NCBI GenBank assembly: GCA_007375725.1
Contig: VMEV01000002.1
Span: forward strand, 45,992 to 109,991
Length of the DNA: 64,000 nt
Origin: Parcubacteria group bacterium Greene0416_36
GTDB lineage: Bacteria > Patescibacteriota > Patescibacteriia > VMEV01
Direction of reading: 5' to 3'
How positions within the stretch are numbered: the stretch's first letter is position 1; every line of letters starts with the position of its first letter. Below are positions 49,788 to 59,016 of this stretch, piece after piece. The notes below the pieces were generated by a model. The model was given only the letters and a program-made list of their open reading frames with translations, was not told the DNA's origin and did no database searches. The position numbers were made by a program, and so were the translations under genes.

Positions 49788-50525
49788 ATGGTAGTCTCTC
49801 TAAAAGCTCAAAAACGAGAAGCTTTTGGCCGTAAAAATCAGAGCGTCCGCGAGGAAGGGTGGGTGCCCGGGGTGATTTATGGCAAAAAATTTAATAATGC
49901 CTCTATATCTGTACGCAAGGGTGAACTGGAAAAAGTTCTTCGTCAGGGAGGTTCTTCCGGTCTAGTAAAGGTGGAGATTGAGGGCGGGGAAAATATTGAT
50001 ACTCTCCTTCAGGATTTTCAATATCATCATTTGAGCGGCGATATTTCTCATGTGGATTTTCTCAAAATCGACATGAATGAACCCATTACCGCTTCCGCCA
50101 GTGTGGTGATCAAAGGCAAATCTAAAGCCATCACCGAGCTTGCCGGCACTTTGATCAATAAGATCAACCGCCTGACTATCAAATGTCTTCCGAAGGATTT
50201 GATCTCTTCGATCGAGATTGATATTTCCGTGATTGAAAAACTAGGGCAATCCATTAAAGTCAAAGATGTCGTTCCTCCTGCCGGAGTTCAGATCCTCAAT
50301 TATCCCACGGATGTGATTGTGGTGGTTCCCGTGCCTCGTCTCTCCAAGCATGAAGAGGCGTCTGCGGCCGAACAGGTCGGGCCTTTGGCTGTCGAGAAGG
50401 TGGAGACAAAGAAGAAAGAGGATGGCGAAGAGGGTGCCGAGGCTCCAGCCGCTGGTTCGCCTGCCGTCGGAAAAGACGGCAAGGAGCCTGCCAAGGATGC
50501 CAAGAAAGACAATGCCAAAAAATAA
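49788..50525 (+). CDS. rplY: 50S ribosomal protein L25/Ctc
   Basis: PGVIYG, HVDFL and C.P motifs; charged tail. Confidence 0.93.
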   Translation: MVVSLKAQKREAFGRKNQSVREEGWVPGVIYGKKFNNASISVRKGELEKVLRQGGSSGLVKVEIEGGENIDTLLQDFQYHHLSGDISHVDFLKIDMNEPITASASVVIKGKSKAITELAGTLINKINRLTIKCLPKDLISSIEIDISVIEKLGQSIKVKDVVPPAGVQILNYPTDVIVVVPVPRLSKHEEASAAEQVGPLAVEKVETKKKEDGEEGAEAPAAGSPAVGKDGKEPAKDAKKDNAKK

Positions 50526-50549
50526 TCAAGCATTTACTTTTTTCTTTTC

Positions 50550-51611
50550 ATGTCGCATCCACACAAAAATAAAAAACGTTTTTTTTTAATGGGATTGGGA
50601 GGGTGCTGCGGATTTGTAGCTCTTGGATTATTTTTATTCTCCGCGGCTTCTCCTTTTGGCGTATTTCAGTCTGCCATATCGAATCGAGATATCAAAAAGG
50701 ACAGCGAGCTTGTCGCCGCGGTCCCCCAGATATCTCGATTTTTAGATGGCGTGAAAGTGAACCAAGGGAAAGAAAATCACTTTCCCATCGCCGCCATGAT
50801 TGAGAATCATACCGAAGCCCGTCCCCAGTCCGGCCTTGCTAAGGCTCAGCTGGTTTTCGAGGCGCCTGTGGAAGGCGGCATCACCCGATTTTTAGCCGTG
50901 TTCACGGATTATTCGAGAGTGGAGAAAATGGGTCCGGTTCGTTCCGCGCGTCCCTACTATTTGGATTGGGCTATGGAATTTGACCCCCTGTATCTCCATG
51001 TCGGAGGAAGCGAGGATGCGCTTGATAAGTTGAAGCAAATCGGCATCCGCGATCTCGATCAGTATTTCGAGTACCAATATTATTGGCGTTCTCCGTCTCG
51101 AGCCGCGCCCCACAATGTCTACACTTCCGGCGAGCTTCTTGGCCGCGCTCTTCGAGACAAGGATCTCGAAGGCAAGACGGGTAATTTCACCCCGTGGAAA
51201 TTCGCGGACGCGGGCATGGACGGTGGGGTGGAAACTTCTTCCGTGAAAATTTCTTTTTCTTCTCCGGAATACGAAGTGAATTGGAAATATGACGCGGCGA
51301 AAAAGTCCTATGCCCGTTTTTACGGAACTGTCCTTCATACGGACGAAGACGGGACTGCGATCGAGGCGAAAAATATCGCACTTCTGTACACTCCGATTTT
51401 AATTATCGATGAAGTGGGCCGCCGCAGTGTCGAGACCTTGGGCACTGGCCGCGCCGTTATTTTTCAAAATGGAAAAGCCTTTGAAGGGACATGGGAGAAA
51501 CTGAACCGTAAATCGCGCCTCCGATTTTTTGTGAATGAAAAAGAGGTGGAATTCGTGCCCGGGGCGACTTGGGTGGAGGTGGTGTCGAAGACTTTTGATA
51601 TTGCGTGGTAA
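50550..51611 (+). CDS. DUF3048-family protein
   Basis: MIEN...ARPQSGL, VEGGITRF, GPVRSAR and APHNVY. Confidence 0.85.
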   Translation: MSHPHKNKKRFFLMGLGGCCGFVALGLFLFSAASPFGVFQSAISNRDIKKDSELVAAVPQISRFLDGVKVNQGKENHFPIAAMIENHTEARPQSGLAKAQLVFEAPVEGGITRFLAVFTDYSRVEKMGPVRSARPYYLDWAMEFDPLYLHVGGSEDALDKLKQIGIRDLDQYFEYQYYWRSPSRAAPHNVYTSGELLGRALRDKDLEGKTGNFTPWKFADAGMDGGVETSSVKISFSSPEYEVNWKYDAAKKSYARFYGTVLHTDEDGTAIEAKNIALLYTPILIIDEVGRRSVETLGTGRAVIFQNGKAFEGTWEKLNRKSRLRFFVNEKEVEFVPGATWVEVVSKTFDIAW

Positions 51612-51612
51612 G

Positions 51613-51700
51613 AACAACAAATCCCTCCCCAACCCTCCCTTTGACAAGGGAGGGGGTGGCCTCCCCCTTGTCAAAGGGGGATTGAGGGGGATTTGTTGCT
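51613..51700. repeat. Family-A palindromic mini-element
   Basis: Near-identical to 1972-2050. Confidence 0.88.
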
Positions 51701-51708
51701 TCAAATAT

Positions 51709-52125
51709 ATGAACAAAAAAGGTTTTACGTTAATCGAATTGCTGATTGTCGTGGTGATCGTGGGGCTTTTGTCCACGGCGGCGATCATGAGTTTTGGTTC
51801 GGCCAGAATCAAGGCGCGGGACGCAAAAAGGGTGGGGGATATCGCGGCTCTCACTAAGGCTCTGACTCTCTACATGAGCAGCAAAAATATCTATCCGGTG
51901 ACGGTTCCGGAGATCTGTCTGGACGGCACGGATTTGGTCAATGACGCGCTCATTGACGAAGGCGTGGTGGCGACTCCTATCCGAGACCCTCTCTACCCCG
52001 ATGACGTCGTCAAATGCTACCGCTACTCCTCCAATGCCGCCGGCACTCAGTACACTCTCAAATATTTTCTCGACACCACTAGTGACTCCGGCGAGGCGGG
52101 GGATCATAGTGTGTATAATGACTAG
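51709..52125 (+). CDS. Type IV pilin / pseudopilin
   Basis: MNKKG/FTLIELLIVV prepilin site; KARDAKR..D. Confidence 0.92.
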   Translation: MNKKGFTLIELLIVVVIVGLLSTAAIMSFGSARIKARDAKRVGDIAALTKALTLYMSSKNIYPVTVPEICLDGTDLVNDALIDEGVVATPIRDPLYPDDVVKCYRYSSNAAGTQYTLKYFLDTTSDSGEAGDHSVYND

Positions 52126-52223
52126 TGTTTTGGCCGAGTCCCATCTTGATTTTTTTGAAAAAATTCTTTCGCTCTTGGTATAATGAGAGGGAGAGAGTTT
52201 TTTATTATTGATTTTTTAAATAT

Positions 52224-52742
52224 ATGAGTAATTTGGAGCAACCGTCAATGTCAGGAAAAAATGAACCTAAGAAGCCAGACCTTCAAACTCAATTAAAGAA
52301 ATTTTTAGGTAAATTGCCAGATAGTGGGGGGGAAAATAAATCCGAAAAGCCACCATTACAGCCATTCGTCCCAGATAAATTAGAAAAATTTCTAGGTCGT
52401 AGTTTGCCAAAGAGTGAGGGGCCAAAGATTAAAGACGTGATTGCACAAAAGGAGAAGGAAGAGGAAGAAAGGGTGATAGCAGAAGATTTGGCTGGCACGG
52501 GTGATGTTCAATTCGATGAACCTAAAACACAGGGTCAGGGAACGGATGTTTGGAAAGAAAAGGAATTTGGGCCAGTATCTGCGAAAATACAAAAAACATC
52601 TGAGATAGAAAAAAAATATGAGAAATATTATAAGGAGACTGGCGAATTGAAGGGGAAAGAGCCTTTATCAAAAGAAGGAGAAGCAAAAAAACATATTAAA
52701 GAAGATCCCTTTAAAACATTTGCAAAATCAAAAAAATCATAA
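52224..52742 (+). CDS. Charged low-complexity hypothetical protein
   Basis: K/E/P-rich; internal repeat L.KFLG..LP. Confidence 0.6.
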   Translation: MSNLEQPSMSGKNEPKKPDLQTQLKKFLGKLPDSGGENKSEKPPLQPFVPDKLEKFLGRSLPKSEGPKIKDVIAQKEKEEEERVIAEDLAGTGDVQFDEPKTQGQGTDVWKEKEFGPVSAKIQKTSEIEKKYEKYYKETGELKGKEPLSKEGEAKKHIKEDPFKTFAKSKKS

Positions 52743-52798
52743 CCGTATTTTAAAAGCCATTAAAGAAGTTCTTTAATGGCTTTTGCTGTGGCAAACAG

Positions 52799-53383
52799 CT
52801 AAACAATTTTTTTTATTTGATATAAATTGTTTATTTTTTTTATCGTGTCATTGTTGGCAATTCCTTTTATTACTGCATACTGTAGCAGAATAATGCCGTC
52901 AAACTCTTGCTTCAGAAGTTTTAGGGTATCGGCGGTATCATGAAAAATATTTAGATCGGTCGGATCGAGAAATAGCGATATGAGCTGGAATTTTAGACAT
53001 TTGAATAAATCAAATGTTTCATCTGTTTGTTTTAAATATATGTCTGCAATGGCTTCGAGTATTTTTCGGATATCCCTCTTGACCGGGTCGCGCCATTCTG
53101 TAATTGTGGCGAGATACTGCGAGCATTGAGAAATGGCATGATCCAAATGTGTTTCAGATACGAAACTTCTCGCCCAAAATTTGACGTAATATATAAATAT
53201 ACCGTCTACAAAGGGGAGCAATTCTTCATCATTCTCTGTCTTCGGGAGATTTTGAGCTAAATATTTCAATTGTTCCTCCAAATTTTCAATTGCTTTTTTG
53301 GGGTCTTCCCGTGCTTTTAAAATTGCTTGATCGAAATCTCCGTGGATAGAGCCATACTCTCTTTTTTCAATTTGTTGTGGCAC
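52799..53383 (-). CDS. Helical (TPR-like) orphan protein
   Basis: GTG start with AAGGAG; all-helical pattern. Confidence 0.6.
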   Translation of the reverse strand: MPQQIEKREYGSIHGDFDQAILKAREDPKKAIENLEEQLKYLAQNLPKTENDEELLPFVDGIFIYYVKFWARSFVSETHLDHAISQCSQYLATITEWRDPVKRDIRKILEAIADIYLKQTDETFDLFKCLKFQLISLFLDPTDLNIFHDTADTLKLLKQEFDGIILLQYAVIKGIANNDTIKKINNLYQIKKIV

Positions 53384-53585
53384 GTCCTTCTCCTTAATTC
53401 GAAGTTGATAATGTACGTTCTACTTTCCTGTCTGGTACCATCTCATTTTTATCTATCAATAGTCAATATTGACTTTTTATCTCTTTGCCTGTATAATAAA
53501 TTGTTGAAATTTGAATAGTGTTCTTTCTTAGATGTATAATATAAACGAATTATTTTATACATCTAATTTTTAAAGGGGAAATAAT

Positions 53586-53855
53586 ATGGGATTTTTTGAA
53601 GCGGTGGGTTTGAAATCGAAGGTGGAAGCACCTAAGAAGGTAGATCGAGAGGCTATGCGAAAAATGTTGGATGAGTCGGGTGCTTCTGGGGCTCAAAAAA
53701 TTAGAAAGGAGGAAATGGGTGAGGAAGAAAATATGGAGCAAGGCACTTCAGAGATGCTAGACGCAGCTTTGGAGGAAGAAAAATCGGCTAAAGAAGAAGC
53801 GAAAAAAACTCCTCAGCAAAGAGCTCAAGATTTATTGAAGTCGATAAAAAAATGA
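53586..53855 (+). CDS. Small charged hypothetical protein
   Basis: Upstream TTGACT-N17-TATAAT at 53469-53497. Confidence 0.6.
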   Translation: MGFFEAVGLKSKVEAPKKVDREAMRKMLDESGASGAQKIRKEEMGEEENMEQGTSEMLDAALEEEKSAKEEAKKTPQQRAQDLLKSIKK

Positions 53856-53903
53856 GAGGAAAAACAATTTGCGAAATTTTTAAGAACACCTTTTGGGGTG
53901 TTC

Positions 53904-54362
53904 TTATTTTTCATATTGACTGGGTTTATTATCCCCAATCTTTTGGACAATTCTGGATTCGCGAGTTTTTCCTTGTTTTCTAAGTCGATGTGCGAGGTCA
54001 AAAAAAGAATATGTTTCAAATCCGCACAGTAATATCCTCATGACGCTGTAATATAAAGCCAATTGAGCATTCCCTGCCTTATCCAGTATTTTGGCGATAT
54101 CTTGAAGCTGCTTATCTAATTCTATTAGCAAAACGTTCCAATTTTTATCATTTTTATCAGCTGTTATTTTGTAGTTGTTGATAGGCGCTACAATTTCATC
54201 GATAGCTTTTTTGAGGCTATCTGTCTGAATTTCTTGATATGCTTTTTTGGTGTGAATAAGAAGACTGCTTAGCCATTTTTTCTTATCGGGCAAGTCTATC
54301 TCTGAGATGAGATGGTAAATCCATTTTCTTTTCGAGTGAATAATGGATGGGGTAGATTTCAT
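53904..54362 (-). CDS. Helical (TPR-like) orphan protein
   Basis: ATG 54362 with AGGAG. Confidence 0.55.
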   Translation of the reverse strand: MKSTPSIIHSKRKWIYHLISEIDLPDKKKWLSSLLIHTKKAYQEIQTDSLKKAIDEIVAPINNYKITADKNDKNWNVLLIELDKQLQDIAKILDKAGNAQLALYYSVMRILLCGFETYSFFDLAHRLRKQGKTRESRIVQKIGDNKPSQYEK

Positions 54363-54530
54363 GGGATATTCTCCTGAGTACAATTTAGGAAAAAAATTGT
54401 GGAATGTACAAAACTGATTAAAAATTACCATTTCCCCCATTCCTTGACAACATTTGTTGTTACGTATACACTATTGGGGTGTTTTTTTAACTCAAAGATT
54501 GCATTTCATAATCCTGTGGGGGGAGATTAA

Positions 54531-55145
54531 ATGCTGGTAATGCAAAAGATCGATAAGGAAAGCCTGTCTGATGTTGTCTCTGATTCCAACAAAAAGACGG
54601 GGCCTTGTATTCGAATGATAATCGTTGCGAAATCGAAGAAATCGGCAGATTCAGCGGTTTCGATCGTGGCTCCTGATAAGACTCCGTCTTTGGCGGAGAA
54701 ATTTATTTCTAATTCTCGTTTTCCGACATCCGGAAGCAAGCAGACGAGACAGGGTTTGATGATTCCCATGTTTCGCCGAATTTTTGAGGAATCGATTGAG
54801 GATGTCAACGTTCGCGCGAAAGTCTGCCCGATGTCAGTTTGGGTTCGAGCTCTCGAGGTTGCCTTTGGTCCTATGGAGCTTGAAAATAGTAGTTCAGAAG
54901 AGATTGAGAAACGAGAGATGAAGAAAAGGAGTATTTTGTTGGATTGCTTATATGCACAACAAAAACGGAAGGACAAAAGAGAACTCAAGGCTCTTTTTTC
55001 AAAAAAAATAGGAACGGAGAAAAAGAGCATTTTTTTGGATTATTTGTACGACAAGCCAAAATGGGCGAAAATGCTAAGGAATGATCGCATTAGAAGAAAG
55101 AGGAATTGGAAGCATTTTTGCGTTTTAGCGGCAGAAAAAGTGTAA
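54531..55145 (+). CDS. Basic hypothetical protein
   Basis: Upstream TTGACA-N17-TACACT and GGAG SD; terminator-like hairpin follows. Confidence 0.6.
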   Translation: MLVMQKIDKESLSDVVSDSNKKTGPCIRMIIVAKSKKSADSAVSIVAPDKTPSLAEKFISNSRFPTSGSKQTRQGLMIPMFRRIFEESIEDVNVRAKVCPMSVWVRALEVAFGPMELENSSSEEIEKREMKKRSILLDCLYAQQKRKDKRELKALFSKKIGTEKKSIFLDYLYDKPKWAKMLRNDRIRRKRNWKHFCVLAAEKV

Positions 55146-55237
55146 GATAAAAATAGAAGGAACAAAATTTAGATCGGCATCTCGTTTGGGGATGCTGGTT
55201 TTTTTATTTGAAGGGGAAATTGGTAGAATAGTGGCGT

Positions 55238-57343
55238 ATGAATTTTCTCGGAAAAATTTCCGTCATCATCGCCTGCTTCAACTATGGCCGATTCATTGAA
55301 GAGGCCATTGAGAGTGTCCTGGAATCCACGTTTCAGGATTTTGAAATTGTGGTGGTGGATGACGGGTCTACAGATCCGGAGACGATTCGAGTGCTGGACG
55401 CGCTGGATCATCCAAGAATTCGATTGGTTCGACAGAAAAATCAGGGGCTCGCTATGGCTCGTAATAATGGCATAGAGGCGAGTTTCGGCGAGTATTTTTT
55501 GCCTCTGGACGCGGATGATAAAATTGCGCCGACGATGCTGGAAAAGTTTGTTGCCGTACTGGAAACTCGGCCTGATGTGGGGTTTGTTTATTCGTGGATT
55601 CAATTTTTTGGAGATGAAAATCGGGTTTTTAAAACTCAGGACGCGGATTTGAGCATTCTTCGCGAAGAAAATATCTGCTGTGGGTGTTCTTTGGTTCGAA
55701 AAGAGGCGTGGCGCGAGGTCGGGGGCTATGTTCCGGGTCTCTACGGGTACGAAGACTGGAATCTGTGGATTACTCTCGTTGAGAATGGCTGGCTGGGGGT
55801 TTCGATTCCCGAGATCCTTTTCTATTACCGTCGCCACGGCAAAACCATGCTCGCCGACGGCCAGAGCCGGCACTGGTATTTGATGGGGGAGATGGGGAAG
55901 TTGCATGCCCCCATGATCAGTGAGGGCGCACACATAGGTGCGCCCCTACGGGAGGGGGTTGCTTTGGTAAAAAAATTCCAAAATAAACTCACCTCCGAAG
56001 ACCTCCTCAATTGGCGCCTCTGGAAACAGTCTCCCTGGTACATGGCCAAGCGCACAATTCCCAATGGGATTAAATGGAAGGTCAAAGTCGTGTATTGGAA
56101 GATCAAGTCTTTATTTTTGAGGGGGAAAAAAGAGGCGGCGAGGCGCGAGATTTTGGCGGGGGTGGCGCGTAGGGGCACAGCGCGCTTGTCCGCCGTAGCT
56201 TTAGCGAAGGAGGGCTGTGCCCCTACGCGGGGTGAAGGGGTAACCAAAAAATCCATTCTCTATATCCTCCCCACCGTCTCGGTTGGCGGGGTTGAAAAGA
56301 CCGCGCTTGATACGATTCAGGCACTCCGAGGCGAGTTTGATTTCACGATTATTGTCAGTCAAAAAGGCGAGCACGCTTGGGCAGAGGCCTTCCGATCGGC
56401 AGGGGCACAGCTATTTTTTCTTGAAGACATTCGCGACCCATCACTGTGGGTCGAATTGCTACGGGGGGTGATTGCATTACGGAGAATCGAAGTGATTCAT
56501 ATCGCGAATTCGATTTGGGGCTATAGCCAAACCGCTTGGATTAAGGAGAAGTTCCCACATATCCGCATCATCGATATTTTTCAGGGTGGGGAAGTGGAAG
56601 GGGGCGTGATCGGCTGGAATCGGCAGTTCGAGGGGAATATCGACCAAACGATCGTCGTGAATTCCGGATTGTTCGAGAAATTGATCCATAAAGGCTCGCC
56701 GAGGGAGAAATTCATTTGTATTCCCAATGGCGTGTCGCTCTTGAAATTTTCTCGGGATAAAGTGGTTGTATCCGGAGAAGAGATTCGTTGGAAATGGGGA
56801 TTGCCTCTAGACCGTCCTATTATTTCTTTTGTCTCCCGTCTGTCTTCTGAAAAGAATCCTCTTTTTTTTCTTGAAGTCGCCAAAGCCATCCATGCCGCGC
56901 GTACGGGTGCCTTTTTTGTGGTTGCCGGATCGGGATATTTGCAGGATTTATTTTTAAATAAAAGAGCGGAGTTGAAACTGGAACATTCTCTCCGGTATTT
57001 TCCTCATCTACAGAATATTCCCGAACTGCTCAGCGTTTCATCGGTACTGGTCAATACGTCACTGACCGAAGGCTGGTCGGTGGCGATTCTGGAGGCTATG
57101 GCCATGGAAGTGCCGGTGGTGGCGTCTCGGATCTGGCAGAATGCGGCCTTGGTGGAAGAAGGGAAAACCGGACTCTTGGCTGATCTGGGCAATGTGAATG
57201 CTTATCGAGACTCGATTTTGCAGGTGCTGGATGATCCTTATTTATCCGGAGCGTTGGCTCTGAATGCGCGCAAAAAAGTGGTCGAGGAATATGGAATAGC
57301 AAAAATGGCGTCGAGGTATCGGGATTTGTATTTTTCCTATTAA
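55238..57343 (+). CDS. Bifunctional glycosyltransferase (GT2 plus GT4-like)
   Basis: ISVII.CFN, VVDDGSTD, LDADD and EDW, then GGVE, IPNGV, RLSSEK and EG....LEAMA. Confidence 0.92.
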   Translation: MNFLGKISVIIACFNYGRFIEEAIESVLESTFQDFEIVVVDDGSTDPETIRVLDALDHPRIRLVRQKNQGLAMARNNGIEASFGEYFLPLDADDKIAPTMLEKFVAVLETRPDVGFVYSWIQFFGDENRVFKTQDADLSILREENICCGCSLVRKEAWREVGGYVPGLYGYEDWNLWITLVENGWLGVSIPEILFYYRRHGKTMLADGQSRHWYLMGEMGKLHAPMISEGAHIGAPLREGVALVKKFQNKLTSEDLLNWRLWKQSPWYMAKRTIPNGIKWKVKVVYWKIKSLFLRGKKEAARREILAGVARRGTARLSAVALAKEGCAPTRGEGVTKKSILYILPTVSVGGVEKTALDTIQALRGEFDFTIIVSQKGEHAWAEAFRSAGAQLFFLEDIRDPSLWVELLRGVIALRRIEVIHIANSIWGYSQTAWIKEKFPHIRIIDIFQGGEVEGGVIGWNRQFEGNIDQTIVVNSGLFEKLIHKGSPREKFICIPNGVSLLKFSRDKVVVSGEEIRWKWGLPLDRPIISFVSRLSSEKNPLFFLEVAKAIHAARTGAFFVVAGSGYLQDLFLNKRAELKLEHSLRYFPHLQNIPELLSVSSVLVNTSLTEGWSVAILEAMAMEVPVVASRIWQNAALVEEGKTGLLADLGNVNAYRDSILQVLDDPYLSGALALNARKKVVEEYGIAKMASRYRDLYFSY

Positions 57344-57385
57344 TTCTTTACAATAATCTAATAATCAAAATAATTCATCAAAATT

Positions 57386-58393
57386 ATGACAGTCAAAAAT
57401 ATTGGAGGGCTGGGAGTCTCGCTATTCGCTCTGGCCCTACTTTTAGCGCCAGAGGCCGCTCGAACCGCTGGTTCCGGCGGAGGCGGGGGAACTGTTGTCA
57501 CACCTCCTCCCGTTGCTTGTACGGCCGATACCTGGTCCTGTACTTCATTTGGCGAATGTTCTGCTGAAGGGAGGAAAACTCGTGTTTGCACTATGACTGA
57601 TAATTGTCCCACAGCTGAGACCCCGAAGCCTTCGGAGTCTGAGGCTTGTACTCCTCCGGCTAAGCCACTGGAGACGCCCAAACCTACTACCACCACATCT
57701 CCCGTTGCTGACAAATGCACAGCGGATGAATTTGACTGCACCGAATTTGCTCAGTGCGGCGAGAATGGAAAACAGGTTCGCAAATGCGTGATGAAGAAAG
57801 ACTGCGCGGGGGTCACGACACCAAAACCCGAGGAAGAACGCGTTTGTCCGGGTCTCCGCTGTGGACAGCTGGATACGCTCGAGAAGCGTGTGTCCTGTCG
57901 CCTCAAATTATCGGAATCCGAACTCGCCTCTGAGTTCAAGCTTTTGTATTATCCTGAATACTGCAAGACCGGAAAGACCGATGATTGGAAGAAGGGATGT
58001 ATTGCCCTCTACCAATCTTTTGGAAAGTGCTGGAAGATGCCGGTCGGCGAGAAGCGAGTGGGTTGTGCCAAGGAAGTATTGTCTATCGGTGATTTGAATA
58101 AAGAAAAAGACGCTTGTATTGGCAAAAAAGGTACTGAGAAAACCGCTTGCGTGGAAGCCATGACCAAGAAAGTGAAGAATTTTGTGCTCTTTAATCTCTA
58201 TGAATTGTCGCAGAAGGCTGAGACCCTACTCAAACAAGGCAAAGCTACTACGGAACAGGTCGCCGCTTTCGATGTCTATATTGAAACCAAGAAACAAGAG
58301 CTTCAAACCAAAAATACCGTTGCCGATTGGAAGCGCATTGCCGGCGAAGTCAAAGCCAAATGGGCTGAATTTGTCAAAAATGTAAAAAAATAA
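57386..58393 (+). CDS. Secreted Cys-rich repeat protein
   Basis: Signal peptide; two CTAD.(W/F).CT.F..C...G...R.C.....C repeats; helical C-terminus. Confidence 0.75.
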   Translation: MTVKNIGGLGVSLFALALLLAPEAARTAGSGGGGGTVVTPPPVACTADTWSCTSFGECSAEGRKTRVCTMTDNCPTAETPKPSESEACTPPAKPLETPKPTTTTSPVADKCTADEFDCTEFAQCGENGKQVRKCVMKKDCAGVTTPKPEEERVCPGLRCGQLDTLEKRVSCRLKLSESELASEFKLLYYPEYCKTGKTDDWKKGCIALYQSFGKCWKMPVGEKRVGCAKEVLSIGDLNKEKDACIGKKGTEKTACVEAMTKKVKNFVLFNLYELSQKAETLLKQGKATTEQVAAFDVYIETKKQELQTKNTVADWKRIAGEVKAKWAEFVKNVKK

Positions 58394-58484
58394 CGATCAA
58401 TAATAAATGAATCATTACGGATGATCTATTTGCCTTGACTGTTTCATTCGTAATTCATAATTTGTAATTCTTAATTGATTCTCT

Positions 58485-58913
58485 ATGGCAAAAAATATTA
58501 TATTGGCGCTCATCGCGGTTGCGGTCATTGGCGGCGGGATTTATTATGCTACCTCCCGTAATGACGGGTATACTTCCAAATGGGAGAAAAAGGATAAGCT
58601 TCCTGTGAATGGCGGAAATAAAGATGATGTAAGAAAGATGGAGGAACAGAAGATGCTGGAGTCTTGCATGGCTCTATATGGATCCGGCAAGGTGGATCCT
58701 TCGTCGATGAAGGGTTGCCAGGATTATTGCAAGACGATGATAGAGGGCGGCACGCGGATGGACGCTCAAAAGACCGAAATGTGTGCGAGCATGATGAAAG
58801 GATTCGAAGGTTCGTCCGCTGCCACCCCCGCTTCCGAATCCGAACTTTTGCTCCAGGATAATCTGGACGAATCCTTGGATTCACTCAAAATTTTGGAGCA
58901 GGTAGGGAGCTAG
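58485..58913 (+). CDS. Membrane-anchored hypothetical protein
   Basis: N-terminal TM; four Cys; Met-rich. Confidence 0.65.
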   Translation: MAKNIILALIAVAVIGGGIYYATSRNDGYTSKWEKKDKLPVNGGNKDDVRKMEEQKMLESCMALYGSGKVDPSSMKGCQDYCKTMIEGGTRMDAQKTEMCASMMKGFEGSSAATPASESELLLQDNLDESLDSLKILEQVGS

Positions 58914-59016
58914 TGAATGATCATATTTTAAAGTAGTCTTTTGAAAGCTGGCTCCTTCGTCGAAAGCCAGCTTTTGTGTGAAGGTGATGATTGGAGCTCA
59001 TTTTGTCACAAAAAAT

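Noticed and set aside
51535-51708. 58-aa extension on the pilin ORF
   Set aside because: It is read-through of the DUF3048 end and the family-A repeat; the prepilin start is ATG 51709.
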